Shown one piece after another: positions 29,330 to 38,747 of a DNA stretch of 64,000 nucleotides (its first letter is position 1; each line of letters opens with the position of its first letter). The position numbers were made by a program, and so were the translations under genes. Below the pieces are notes generated by a model that was not told the origin of the DNA, did not search any database, and was given only the letters and a program-made list of their open reading frames with translations. The stretch is from Thermodesulfobacteriota bacterium. GTDB taxonomy: Bacteria > Desulfobacterota_D > UBA1144 > Nemesobacterales > JAZGCJ01. Where the stretch lies: NCBI GenBank assembly GCA_036476895.1, contig JAZGCJ010000341.1, positions 18,114 to 82,113 of the forward strand. The letters are read 5' to 3'.

Positions 29330-29783
29330 CTTGCATATTGCCTTCTAATAGTTGCTCGGGGATTATCCAAAACTTACAAAATGCAACTGGTAGGATTTCT
29401 CCCATTACAATTTTGCAGGTGTTGTCTTGATTGAAAAAAATACAATTCCCACATTTAACACCCTCAGCTTCAAAGGGATTGAGTTCTAAATACTGGGCTT
29501 TTTGTTTACTCCATTGACCAAATTGTTCTACGATTTGAATTTGGGCATTCATCAACATAGTATCTTGAGGATAGGGCATTTCTTGTTTATCCACAAAATG
29601 CTCCTTTATTCCACCACATTTCAAACAGACATGTTGTTCTTTAGAAACTCCACACATACTGGCGGCGGCAGCTATAATCCTATCTTCTGGCCAATCTGGA
29701 TCGCCCCGTTTTTCTCGTGTAATTTCTGCAATTTTTCGACTTAGACAATCCTGTCCAGATTCTCCTGAACCTCGTGCTGACAT
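29310..29783 (-). CDS. hypothetical Cys-rich protein
   Basis: 157 aa with several CxxC pairs (CLKCGG, CGNC). Confidence 0.35.
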   Translation of the reverse strand: MSARGSGESGQDCLSRKIAEITREKRGDPDWPEDRIIAAAASMCGVSKEQHVCLKCGGIKEHFVDKQEMPYPQDTMLMNAQIQIVEQFGQWSKQKAQYLELNPFEAEGVKCGNCIFFNQDNTCKIVMGEILPVAFCKFWIIPEQLLEGNMQVEIPEL

Positions 29784-29785
29784 TA

Positions 29786-30049
29786 TTATTTCACCTTAAA
29801 TCGTTGAATAGTTCTTTGATGTGCTTGTGATAAACTGATTATACTTTGAAATCCTGCTGTAAAGACTTTAAGTTTTTGTCTGTCCACTCCGTCCCTGAGA
29901 ATCTCCTGAACTGTGTTGTCAAATTCATTAGTGGTTTCAATTATCTTATCCCGCATTCTAAGTAATAATCTATCCACTGTGTCTGATGGAAATGCAAAAG
30001 TAACTTTCTGTTTCGTTATTTTTCCACACTGACTGCAAACAAGAATCAT
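29786..30049 (-). CDS. hypothetical small protein
   Basis: 87 aa, N-terminal CSQCG. Confidence 0.3.
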   Translation of the reverse strand: MILVCSQCGKITKQKVTFAFPSDTVDRLLLRMRDKIIETTNEFDNTVQEILRDGVDRQKLKVFTAGFQSIISLSQAHQRTIQRFKVK

Positions 30050-30948
30050 GCTCTTATCCTCTTAACTTCAGCTAAATGCTTATTCGCTCTTGTAGTTATT
30101 CGTGTATATTCTGCAAGAACTTTATCAATATTCTTATTTACTGTTTTCTTTGACTTAAATTTTGTACGTTTCCATTTAGCTACTTCAGCACGGCTGAAAA
30201 CAATTCCCTGTCGTGTATCATGATTCATCTTTGATGAAACTCGTGATAACGTGGCTGTAATCTTTTCAACGCCTTCTTGGGGTAGTTTACCTTGACTTGT
30301 GAGTCTCTGACTTATTCTGCCAGAAACGGGAGCCGCTCTGAATCCACCTGCAGCCAATCGTTCTACATTTATAAAGAATGAGTCTCCCTGATTCTTTAAA
30401 CTCTTGATTCCTGAGTCCAGGTTAGTACGAATTAGTTTTGATAAATCAAAAAAGATCCGGCCTAAGTTTTTGCCAAAGCCCAATTCATCGGCTGATCTTT
30501 TTGCACTTACAACAATATTGTTAGCTCTTATCAATAGGGTTCGTAGTTGGCCGGCAAGAGAATTAAATTCGTTCTTTTGCCGTTTGAAATCCTTAACAGA
30601 GGCAACTTTCATAAAGAAGCTAGGTTTATGACAGGTGTGACAATCATGTTTTTGAATCATTGCCATAAAACCGCCTGTGGTATCTAGTTCCATCACATTA
30701 ACAATGGACTGATTACCAGGATGCTGACCAATGTGTAATTTGTGAAACTCTTCAAAATTGCGATAAATAGCTGTGGAGGCGGTAGGTGTATTCCAACGAA
30801 TGACTACTTGCCCGTCCTCGAAAATTATCCCGGTTATAATATGACCAATTCCCGAATGTCCAGATTCGTCGGCTTGTCGAATAACCGTAAACAGTTTGAT
30901 GCCAGTTTCACGTTTTATCAAATTACAAGTCTTGCAGAATGTTTCCAT
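30046..30948 (-). CDS. hypothetical head-morphogenesis-associated protein
   Basis: 300-aa ORF between the portal-MuF gene and the gp10-like gene. Confidence 0.35.
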   Translation of the reverse strand: METFCKTCNLIKRETGIKLFTVIRQADESGHSGIGHIITGIIFEDGQVVIRWNTPTASTAIYRNFEEFHKLHIGQHPGNQSIVNVMELDTTGGFMAMIQKHDCHTCHKPSFFMKVASVKDFKRQKNEFNSLAGQLRTLLIRANNIVVSAKRSADELGFGKNLGRIFFDLSKLIRTNLDSGIKSLKNQGDSFFINVERLAAGGFRAAPVSGRISQRLTSQGKLPQEGVEKITATLSRVSSKMNHDTRQGIVFSRAEVAKWKRTKFKSKKTVNKNIDKVLAEYTRITTRANKHLAEVKRIRA

Positions 30949-30951
30949 TGT

Positions 30952-31248
30952 TTATCCAATCCTTTTTTGAGCACCTACAACTAGATCAACCATTTTTATG
31001 ATATCAAGATATCCATTACTGATGCGGGTTTTAATGCTACCCTGTTTTAAAGTGGTTTCGTTTGGGTCGAGACCGAAAAAGAACTTATCAACTAGTTTCA
31101 GGGTTTCACTGCGTTCTCTTGTTAGATCTTTGCTAGTTTGTTCTAATTGGAACAAATCCGATCTGTCCAAATGTTTTTTCACTGGTTTCCCGCAATTTTT
31201 GCAAATCTCCATTTTTTTTACCTTCTTACATTTAGGACAAATTAGCAT
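30952..31248 (-). CDS. zinc-ribbon small protein
   Basis: 98 aa, CPKCKK..CKNCGK. Confidence 0.3.
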   Translation of the reverse strand: MLICPKCKKVKKMEICKNCGKPVKKHLDRSDLFQLEQTSKDLTRERSETLKLVDKFFFGLDPNETTLKQGSIKTRISNGYLDIIKMVDLVVGAQKRIG

Positions 31249-31507
31249 TCTCTACACCAAACCAGTCGAATATACTTTTTTCTTTCTTTTCTTCTTGTAA
31301 ATATAAAGGAATTGAATTTGGATTCTTTATCCAATGATTGTAAATCCGTTTTATCCAGCGACGGAACTTATCCATCGACATCTCCTTCTTGGCAAAATTG
31401 CACTCACATTGACACAAATACATGATCCTATTGGTATTTGAAGGTACACGCTCTAAAACAGTTAGATTTTCAAATTTCTTACCTATCATGGGGATTAAAT
31501 TTGGCAT
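31232..31507 (-). CDS. hypothetical small protein
   Basis: 91 aa. Confidence 0.3.
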   Translation of the reverse strand: MPNLIPMIGKKFENLTVLERVPSNTNRIMYLCQCECNFAKKEMSMDKFRRWIKRIYNHWIKNPNSIPLYLQEEKKEKSIFDWFGVENANLS

Positions 31508-31522
31508 AGCGACATCTCCTGT

Positions 31523-33967
31523 TTATACCCGCCTAATGAAGCGAGATCTGCAATTTGGATGAATTAACCAGATTTGTCGGGAGTTTACGGGTGGAGTCCG
31601 CCATTTAGGGCCATTAAATTCGGATTGTACATCATGTGCAATCTGTTTTAACTCATCTAGGGTAATACCTTGTCTGCCATCTTTGGCGGCCTCTACTCTA
31701 CGAACCATTTCAATACACTGAGAACTAGTGCGGTCGTCCCTGCGAATCCTCCACACATATAACAATTCCTCTTCACGTTCTTCTTCTAGGTTTCTGTACC
31801 CGACCTCTCTTCCGGCCAGTACAAATCGCTGGGACTCAGACCTGGCAATTCTTTCAATCCTAAATGTATCAGTGGCAATAATTCCTTGCATAGTCCCGAT
31901 GATTTCATCAAGGCTAGGTTTCTGTCCAGCTTGGAATCCTTCTCTAACAACTTCACGAAGGTCATCACTGATATCCCTAGTAAAATCTGTAAAGGACTCT
32001 ATGAAAGGTTGTTCAGCTTCAAACGCATCGATAGCGTCAGTGTCTTCTGGAGACACACCCCCAAGAATTGAGTCAATAGTTAGATCAGGAGTATCTAAAT
32101 CTTGCTCGCTGGTTTGATTAAATGCTGTGTTTTTACCATACTTAAACATAGCTAATAAGTAACGAAAAACCCAGGTGTTAGTAATTCCTTTGGCCTCTAC
32201 AAGAAATCTATTAAATGCTTCTTCGAGTTGTTCGGGTTCGGGGTTTGGGTCTCTCAGGGCTTCGAGTTCTCTTCTTAGTATGTCTTGCAAATTTACGTTT
32301 ATACGCTGATATAAGTCCGAAGCTAGGATATCGTTTACCGTAGATTTTCTCAGCCACTGAGATTTTTTTTTTTCAATTTCCTCTTCTTGTTCTTCCTCTT
32401 GATCTTGCTCAGGGGCGGTTAGTTGTTGTGGTGGTGGTGGGAAAAACTGATTTTGAGGTCCATTTTCTATTTGTTCTTTTGCCTTGCCCGAAAAGATGAA
32501 ATTACCCTCATCATTGAGTTCTACATCAAATCCCAAATCATGCATTGATTGGGCATTGGAAATTTTAATTGCTTCTCGTTCTAACTCGGCAACCTGATCT
32601 TCTTCTAGGGATAGTGGTAAGACATATTTCCAATCAGTAACATTCATGGCTTCCATGATCTTAGGAAATATAAAATTGTTCCAAATTGCTTGTCCTGACT
32701 CTACAACCCGGTTAGTAACTGTAATTTGTAAACTTTCATTATTCAGCCCTCCACTGGTACTGACATCACCACGTAAGGCGGGTTCTACACCATAATAACC
32801 ACCAATGCGATCTGCAAATTCCTTTCGTGTTTCCATATATTGCATTTCATCAAGAGAACTATCAAAGCGGATAAATTCAGGTTTGTTGTCTCCTGTTGTG
32901 GGGTCATAAGCAAAAACGGGTTTGTATTGATTATCATCTCTGACCTTTTCTCTCCAATCATCCCACATGTCCCTGACAGCTTCACGATTGTTTGATGGGA
33001 AGACCATTAATCCGCTTGGAATTTCTCTATAAACATAATAATCAGAAACATAGTTTATTTGTGACATTAAGGTTAGCATGTAGGGCCAACCAGTTAGAAT
33101 GGGGCTGTATCCATATAATCTCCCTTTCCTATATTTCTGTGTGTGGATAACCTCGCCTTTGATGAATGCCTGTGAAGGGGTTTTTCCACCATCCATAGTT
33201 TCAATATAATGGACGGGATAAAGCTCATGACTTCCACAATGAGAACAGGCATCTGGACTGTCAGCAGTTGTAATGAATTGTCGATGGATTAAACAGGTCT
33301 TATGAACAGAACCGATTTCTTGTCTTTCAGACGCAGAGACACGCATGAGGGATGGATCGGCCCGATAAACTTCTTTTAGTAAGTGTCCAAGTTCATCAAC
33401 ATCTGGGTCTCCATTTTCGCTTTTGCGTTTAGTAATAACATATCCTTTAATTAGAACAATATATATGTCATCGGCAATTTGAAAGTCATCCTCTCCAGCT
33501 CTGCCAACCTCTCGGAGTGATTCACCATTTTCATTGGCTAATTTCATTAATCCTTCGGATAGCAGTTTTTGATCGTGGTCAGGAGGACGAATATTCCCAG
33601 TTTCACAGTTTGGACAGGTGAACCCTTCATTGTTAAACTTAAAGTCTGATATTTTGTCAGCAGTTGCTTCAACTACTTTGTTGCGAAATTCTCTTTCGCA
33701 TTGATCACATTTACCCCAAAAATTTGCTTCTAATTCAATTTCTTTCCTCCAAATTTGATTTCCAAGCTCTCTTATACAGGTTCTTGTTACAATCTCTTGA
33801 TCCGCCATTGCATAGATGTCTTGGTAAGATCTGGGGATCAGAGGCAGCTGTATGCCTGATGGTTGTCGGTGAGGAAAAGGAGGTAAAGGTGGTCGGGCCT
33901 CTGTTTTAGTCTCAGTGTTCTTTTGTTTGCCTAAGATTAAATTTGCGAGACTAGACCTTAAATTCAT
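31523..33967 (-). CDS. portal protein fused to C-terminal MuF/SPP1-gp7-like minor head domain
   Basis: 814 aa. Central region ...ADRIGGYYGVEPALRGDVSTSGGLNNESLQITV... is portal-like. C-terminal domain ends ...RQIWLIHPNCRSRFIRRV (the HPNCRC signature of Phage_Mu_F). N-terminal zinc ribbons (CDQCE..CPNCE, CSHCGSH). Confidence 0.5.
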   Translation of the reverse strand: MNLRSSLANLILGKQKNTETKTEARPPLPPFPHRQPSGIQLPLIPRSYQDIYAMADQEIVTRTCIRELGNQIWRKEIELEANFWGKCDQCEREFRNKVVEATADKISDFKFNNEGFTCPNCETGNIRPPDHDQKLLSEGLMKLANENGESLREVGRAGEDDFQIADDIYIVLIKGYVITKRKSENGDPDVDELGHLLKEVYRADPSLMRVSASERQEIGSVHKTCLIHRQFITTADSPDACSHCGSHELYPVHYIETMDGGKTPSQAFIKGEVIHTQKYRKGRLYGYSPILTGWPYMLTLMSQINYVSDYYVYREIPSGLMVFPSNNREAVRDMWDDWREKVRDDNQYKPVFAYDPTTGDNKPEFIRFDSSLDEMQYMETRKEFADRIGGYYGVEPALRGDVSTSGGLNNESLQITVTNRVVESGQAIWNNFIFPKIMEAMNVTDWKYVLPLSLEEDQVAELEREAIKISNAQSMHDLGFDVELNDEGNFIFSGKAKEQIENGPQNQFFPPPPQQLTAPEQDQEEEQEEEIEKKKSQWLRKSTVNDILASDLYQRINVNLQDILRRELEALRDPNPEPEQLEEAFNRFLVEAKGITNTWVFRYLLAMFKYGKNTAFNQTSEQDLDTPDLTIDSILGGVSPEDTDAIDAFEAEQPFIESFTDFTRDISDDLREVVREGFQAGQKPSLDEIIGTMQGIIATDTFRIERIARSESQRFVLAGREVGYRNLEEEREEELLYVWRIRRDDRTSSQCIEMVRRVEAAKDGRQGITLDELKQIAHDVQSEFNGPKWRTPPVNSRQIWLIHPNCRSRFIRRV

Positions 33968-34035
33968 ATTAAACGGTAAACGATTTAAGAAAAAGGTTTA
34001 AAAATTTTTTCAATGTTTGACCAATGCATTTCTGA
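33968..34035 (-). promoter_or_regulatory. promoter of portal gene (AATGCATTGGTCA box + TTTTTAAA TATA-like element)
   Basis: Minus-strand reading: gaaATGCATTGGTCAaacattgaaaaaaTTTTTAAAcc, about 35 nt upstream of the ATG. The same architecture recurs at 37154-37215 upstream of the tRNA. Confidence 0.45.
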
Positions 34036-34076
34036 AACATTCAAAGAAAAGTTAATTAAAATAATGAAAATTATAA

Positions 34077-34367
34077 TTAGCCTGCTTTAGCAGTTTTTGT
34101 TTTCCCTTCAGGTTGTAAGGTCTCCCAATTTAGGGATTGTCCAGCAATACCACAACCAGTACAAATTACCTTAAGAATACCGTCTTTGTCTTTTATCCAT
34201 CCAAAATTTCTATGTCGCCCTGTTTTTGTCTTTTTCCTGTTGCAAACATGGCAAAGTTCGCCATAAGGCACAGGTGAATTAATATCCATTTTGACCATTA
34301 TAAACTCCTGTTTAACATCTTGACAGAATGGTTTAAAAACATACCAAATCTGTTCAGAGCCGTACAA
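34077..34367 (-). CDS. zinc-ribbon protein
   Basis: 96 aa, CHVCNR...CTGCG. Confidence 0.35.
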   Translation of the reverse strand: MYGSEQIWYVFKPFCQDVKQEFIMVKMDINSPVPYGELCHVCNRKKTKTGRHRNFGWIKDKDGILKVICTGCGIAGQSLNWETLQPEGKTKTAKAG

Positions 34368-34691
34368 AATATGTACAAAAAGGTGTATAATATGGCAGAT
34401 ACTTTAGTATTACTTGGAATATATTTTTTCGGGCTACTAGTCCGATATTTAATCCCTGTTCTCCTAAAATCTTGGAAAGCAGGTTACTTAATAGAGTTAG
34501 AAGCTAGATGGGCTATCAGCTCAGCAGTGTCAGCACTGTTTGGTATTGGCTTTGCATTCTTTACCGAACTTGCAAGTTACCCTGAACCAGGTGTGTATTT
34601 CTTTACTTTTTTCCTAGCTTTGGGGCTGAATGAGATTGCGAATTATTTCGTAAAAGGCCGTGAGGTTCAGCAAACAAGAAAGAAGTTTTAA
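34320..34691 (+). CDS. small membrane protein (3 predicted TM helices; holin-like?)
   Basis: 123-aa ORF. Hydrophobic segments LVLLGIYFFGLLVRYLIPVLL, AISSAVSALFGIGFAFF, VYFFTFFLALGL. The true start may be the internal Met. Confidence 0.35.
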   Translation: MTEWFKNIPNLFRAVQNMYKKVYNMADTLVLLGIYFFGLLVRYLIPVLLKSWKAGYLIELEARWAISSAVSALFGIGFAFFTELASYPEPGVYFFTFFLALGLNEIANYFVKGREVQQTRKKF

Positions 34692-34882
34692 TTGTATCCA
34701 GTTATTTTCCGAATGACCTTATTCATACCAAAAAAATACCCATAATGATATTTGGCATCGGGAATATTCCCTAATTCATATAACTCTATTGCTTTGCGGT
34801 AAGCATTATCCCTTTCACGTATTAGTTCATTAATAGTTTTTTGATCCATATTTACATTTTCTTTACTCATTTTTGTCACCAC
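34688..34882 (-). CDS. hypothetical small protein
   Basis: 64 aa. Confidence 0.3.
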   Translation of the reverse strand: MVTKMSKENVNMDQKTINELIRERDNAYRKAIELYELGNIPDAKYHYGYFFGMNKVIRKITGYN

Positions 34883-35430
34883 TTAAACCATTTTGTTAGG
34901 CGGTAGGCTTGGTACATTTTTGGCAGACTAGTTGATGAATTTGGTTTGCCTCTTTTCTCTCGATAGGAGTAGTAAATATAACCAATTCCTATCATTAACC
35001 AAAATACTACCATAAACCACAGGTTTGGGGCCCGAGCTAGTTCCCATGCGAAAATAAGATTAATAACGAGATGTGCTATGATATCAATGCTGAACCGTCT
35101 CCAAAAATTAGGATAAACAATAACCTCAGACATTCGTAATGCGTTTTTCCACCAATCAAGTACTTCATTATCATAAGGGACCTCATAAGTTTTAGGGTAC
35201 TCATTTTCAACTTTCATTTGGATTTGCTGAAGGAAGAGTGTGGTATCCCTTCCATCCATTGCAAATTGTTCATGTTTAGTTATCCCCACTTCGCTCCAGA
35301 TAAAGTGGAATGGATTTAAAAATAGCCAGTACTTTCCTCGCCATCGTTCATAAGGAACATTAAACTCTACGAGAATATAAACGACAGTAAAGAATAGAAA
35401 ATTGTATAATACAGATTCAAAGAAAGACAT
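34876..35430 (-). CDS. membrane protein, paralog of 37338..37718
   Basis: 184 aa. The segment VEFNVPYERWRGKYWLFLNPFHFIW aligns with VDFGIPLRGWKGEYWLVTNPLHALW of the 37338..37718 ORF. Multiple TM segments. Confidence 0.45.
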   Translation of the reverse strand: MSFFESVLYNFLFFTVVYILVEFNVPYERWRGKYWLFLNPFHFIWSEVGITKHEQFAMDGRDTTLFLQQIQMKVENEYPKTYEVPYDNEVLDWWKNALRMSEVIVYPNFWRRFSIDIIAHLVINLIFAWELARAPNLWFMVVFWLMIGIGYIYYSYREKRGKPNSSTSLPKMYQAYRLTKWFKW

Positions 35431-35487
35431 CGTAAGACCTGAATCATTGTCTGTGAATTCCCCTTAATAGTATTATTATTTTGACCA

Positions 35488-35551
35488 TTTCATTAACGGA
35501 AGATACAAAAGTATTTAAATTCTGGAATGAATGAATTACTTGTGAACCACA
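35488..35551 (+). promoter_or_regulatory. conserved promoter/leader cassette (copy)
   Basis: ttaACGGAAGATACAAAAGTATTTAAAttctggaatgaatgaattaCTTGTGAACcacaATG. Nearly identical to 10114-10173. Confidence 0.55.
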
Positions 35552-36013
35552 ATGGTAGCATGCAGACGATGTGGGCGGAGTTTAACACATCCCCGTTCCG
35601 TGAAAAATAAAGTAGGACCCCGATGCCGGGGTAAAGAAATGAGTGAAAGGCAATTTGTGCTTTCCCAAGCCGAGCCTGAGGATCTAACTGTTGAGAGACA
35701 AACCTTAGTTATCTTGCATCAATTAATAGGTAAGGGATCTGGTATTAGCCCTAATACTAGGGGCAGACATACAAAAGATCTCACAAAAGCAGGGTACTCA
35801 GAGGTTAAAGATTGGTCTTACCATAACTTCCCAGGATTAATCGATTATCTTGAAACAGGTAGAGGAAATGGTATTGAATACAAGTATTTGATATCGGATC
35901 AAATCTCGGGCAAGGACAGCGAAGGGAATCTCATAAGTCAGATGGTCATTACTTTGTTTGAAAGAATTTTACGGGAGAAGGTAGTTAGTTCCACCCCACA
36001 AATATTAAACTAG
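35552..36013 (+). CDS. zinc-ribbon protein
   Basis: 153 aa, N-terminal CRRCGRS...GPRCRG. Preceded by the conserved promoter cassette. Confidence 0.45.
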   Translation: MVACRRCGRSLTHPRSVKNKVGPRCRGKEMSERQFVLSQAEPEDLTVERQTLVILHQLIGKGSGISPNTRGRHTKDLTKAGYSEVKDWSYHNFPGLIDYLETGRGNGIEYKYLISDQISGKDSEGNLISQMVITLFERILREKVVSSTPQILN

Positions 36014-36056
36014 GAAAAATCGGGTAGTAGCTCAGCAATGAGTTGCTATCCTTTTT

Positions 36057-36341
36057 TTAGGCCTTATTCATCCATTCGTTAAATATTTTTACCATTTCGG
36101 TGGATGGTATATCAAATCCATATAGATGTCTAACGTGTTCATATACAAATCGGCAATCTGCTGCATTCAGATTTATCTTCTGTATATTTGCTATTGATTT
36201 TTCAATATACTCGATTTGAAATTCGAGTTTCTTTTCCTTTCTTAATTGTTCTATCACTTTTGTTATATACTCGTTCATATTAATCACTTGGATGGGAATA
36301 GCAGGAGAAAGAATCGAACTTTCCAACACCGGGTTTCTCAT
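36057..36341 (-). CDS. hypothetical small protein (true start probably the internal Met near 36278)
   Basis: 94-aa ORF. Its N-terminal 21 codons overlap an orphan tRNA 3'-half-like sequence, so MNEYITKVIEQL... is the more plausible start. Confidence 0.35.
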   Translation of the reverse strand: MRNPVLESSILSPAIPIQVINMNEYITKVIEQLRKEKKLEFQIEYIEKSIANIQKINLNAADCRFVYEHVRHLYGFDIPSTEMVKIFNEWMNKA

Positions 36342-36843
36342 ACGTAAGTCCTAAAGATCTGTAGCCTTTAGGATCCACCACGACTACCACTCTAAAGCAT
36401 GAATACTTCCATATTCAATTTTTATGGTTTCCTCAAAATGTTGCTTACGTTTATAAGCCCGGCTGTCAACCATTGGCATTTCCTGCTTTATACTAAATCT
36501 CTATAGGTTGCGCTTTTATACCCGCATTTATTACATATAAATCTATATCGGGGCGATATTCCACCATCGGGTTGTTTAATTGTTCCTAAATCTATTTTTT
36601 GCATTTTAGTATTACAATGGTTTTTCAGTTTAAGCATTTTATTTACTTCCTGCTTTAATCTTCAATGATAAGATACGCCACTAAACAAGAATGATTATCA
36701 AAATCCTTATCAAACATACGGTTAACACATAAACTTCCGCAGTTATCAATTTTAAATTTATTACCTTTATAGGAGATAATATCATCTGTCTTGTACGTAT
36801 CTAAAATTGGGGGGTATTTTGCATTCATTTTATTTCCTCAGGA

Positions 36844-36938
36844 TGGGAACGCCAGGACTCGAACCTGGGTCACAGTTTGGCACTGTATGTTACCAAGGCA
36901 ACCTTATGTGAAGAGGTTCCCATTAACACCACGTTCCC
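36844..36938 (-). tRNA. tRNA gene, about 95 nt (intron-containing or long variable arm); isotype not resolved
   Basis: Minus-strand sequence has acceptor GGGAACG/CGTTCCC, a GG-containing D-loop, T-arm CCAGG-TTCGAGT-CCTGG, discriminator A, and no encoded CCA. About 20 nt longer than a canonical tRNA. Confidence 0.55.
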
Positions 36939-37081
36939 TTAATGATATTGTTCAATAACATGATGAATGCGTTTTCTTTTTGGTTTCCTTCTGTGAACTA
37001 TCCTACTTTCCTTAGTGAGAGAGGGACATCCACAATCATGTTTTTTTGCCATACTTTGTAATACTATCCTTTTTTATTAAT

Positions 37082-37153
37082 TGGAGGGACGGGTGGGACT
37101 TGAACCCACGACAGTAGTTATCTGCTCGGGCCCGTTCATTTGGTAACCGCCCC
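37082..37153 (-). tRNA. tRNA gene (72 nt including encoded CCA); isotype not resolved
   Basis: Minus-strand acceptor GGGGCGG/CCGTCCC (one G-U pair), T-arm GTGGG-TTCAAGT-CCCAC, discriminator T, then CCA. The D-arm is short or atypical. Confidence 0.5.
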
Positions 37154-37215
37154 ATTTTTTTTTGGGATCCAAGGATTTTAAAAATTTTTCTGTGATTGCT
37201 GACCAATGCATTGTT
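37154..37215 (-). promoter_or_regulatory. tRNA promoter (AATGCATTGGTCA box + AAAATTTTTAAAA TATA-like element about 25 nt upstream of the tRNA 5' end)
   Basis: Minus-strand reading: caATGCATTGGTCAgcaatcacagAAAAATTTTTAAAAtccttggatcccaaaaaaaaa, then the tRNA. Confidence 0.45.
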
Positions 37216-37337
37216 TTTGCATCTAGGAAATACTTTGGGAACAGGATTTCTAGGGATAAAAACGCACGCAGTTGAATCAATGCAGCATCGTGAAAGGTAA
37301 AGTATCATTCAAAAATCAACCTTTGAGGATGCAAAAC

Positions 37338-37718
37338 TTAAGTTTTGATAGTGTGCTGGAGAATTAGATAAACTCCAATTGTAAACCATCCAATCAGAAC
37401 AAACGCAATTGGCCAATAGTAAGCAACAATTAAGGCCATGATAAAATTTAATACTACATGAGCAGTTTGGTCTTTGGCAAGGTGCAACCAGAATTTTCTT
37501 TCTTCTGGTATGAGTGCGTGTTCTCCATAGTCATCGGAAAAATGCTGATAATACTTTGGATGTGTTCTAAACCTAGAGCTATCCCATAAGGCATGAAGTG
37601 GGTTGGTTACAAGCCAGTATTCCCCTTTCCATCCACGCAAAGGAATTCCAAAATCTACTATTGGGTGCAAAATTGTTAGCCATACAAAAACTAGTAAAAA
37701 GTGTTCCAAAGATATCAT
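37338..37718 (-). CDS. membrane protein, paralog of 34876..35430
   Basis: 126 aa. Conserved GxPxRGWKGEYWLxxNPxHxxW block and a C-terminal TM helix. Confidence 0.45.
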   Translation of the reverse strand: MISLEHFLLVFVWLTILHPIVDFGIPLRGWKGEYWLVTNPLHALWDSSRFRTHPKYYQHFSDDYGEHALIPEERKFWLHLAKDQTAHVVLNFIMALIVAYYWPIAFVLIGWFTIGVYLILQHTIKT

Positions 37719-37720
37719 AC

Positions 37721-38443
37721 TTACACCTTAAACATATCAAATAAACTACCTTCGGTTACTTTTTCCTTTGTCGTTTCTTTGGTCATTTCTTTTTGATGTT
37801 TTGGTTCTAATCCAGTAAGTGCCACTTTGCAGACTTCCATATCAGCCTCTACGACAATATAATGGCGATTATTTTGCTGACAGATTAGAGCTGTATTGAC
37901 CCACCATGCACTATTTATCAATACAATATCCATAGGCTCGGAAAAACTGAGGATTATCCACTCATAAAGTTTCCATCTATTACTAAACGTAAGGATTGAG
38001 TTAATTTTCTTAACTGAGGATTTAAAGTGTGAATTGGTAGTGTGGAAAATCAGAACGTTCTCGTGGGCACGATGTATATCCGCAAAAACAAAATCCTTTG
38101 TGATTCCTTCTTTTTGCCAAATCAAATCGCTATATAGAGTATTGCCCCGGTTACTCATTCGGATCAAAGAGGTTAAAGGTTCGACTGAAGTGAAAACACT
38201 AGTTGCTACATCAGTTAAAACTCGATCTAGATGTTTCCACATTGCTGCTAAATCTGTGGGGCGTTCCCAATTTTCGGTTTGTTTATTATATGGAAAATTA
38301 GAGACTACAAGATTTATGGCATCTTCTGTCTTTACTACTGAGAGAAAATCCACAAAATCAGCATTCACAATAACATCCAGGGGTAAATAGCCAATCTTTG
38401 TAATATCATCAAGCGTTAAAATTTCAGTCATTGCTTTATACAC
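37721..38443 (-). CDS. hypothetical protein
   Basis: 240 aa. Contains VVSNFPY, which only loosely resembles an amino-methyltransferase (D/N/S)PP(Y/F) motif. Function left open. Confidence 0.4.
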   Translation of the reverse strand: MYKAMTEILTLDDITKIGYLPLDVIVNADFVDFLSVVKTEDAINLVVSNFPYNKQTENWERPTDLAAMWKHLDRVLTDVATSVFTSVEPLTSLIRMSNRGNTLYSDLIWQKEGITKDFVFADIHRAHENVLIFHTTNSHFKSSVKKINSILTFSNRWKLYEWIILSFSEPMDIVLINSAWWVNTALICQQNNRHYIVVEADMEVCKVALTGLEPKHQKEMTKETTKEKVTEGSLFDMFKV

Positions 38444-38747
38444 CTAAACCAAAAAGAATAAATCTTAATAAAGCAATAATTATTACAAAGTTTTTCATTA
38501 TGCGACTTATGTCCTCAATCCCCCAGCGGATTTTTTCCCACCATGATCTTGTGTTCGGAGGGGGAGTTTCCATTAATCCTCCAGTTTGTAATCTGTCTTC
38601 AATTGTTTGAATTCTTGCTTGAGCCTCTACATAGACTGAATAGCTTTGATGTAGGCAGCTTATGGTATCATGTTCTGGTGTGTTGATATCAATCTTACAA
38701 TAAGGGCAATTTGTTCTCATATCCAATTCTGAGTTATTTTCTGTCAT
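38436..38747 (-). CDS. zinc-ribbon protein with C-terminal TM helix
   Basis: 103 aa, CPYCK...C..H, ending in the hydrophobic FVIIIALLRFILFGLGV. Confidence 0.4.
   Translation of the reverse strand: MTENNSELDMRTNCPYCKIDINTPEHDTISCLHQSYSVYVEAQARIQTIEDRLQTGGLMETPPPNTRSWWEKIRWGIEDISRIMKNFVIIIALLRFILFGLGV

Noticed and set aside
36291-36400. Third tRNA gene
   Set aside because: Only a T-arm and 3' acceptor strand are present. No 7-nt 5' acceptor partner (R-G-Y-R-G-G-R) exists within 120 nt, and the anticodon-arm candidate has a 9-nt loop. It is treated as a tRNA 3'-fragment or att-like remnant, not a gene.
37721-38443. DNA methyltransferase call based on VVSNFPY
   Set aside because: The motif is NFPY rather than (D/N/S)PP(Y/F/W), and no clear AdoMet-binding FxGxG motif is visible. 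This is insufficient evidence.
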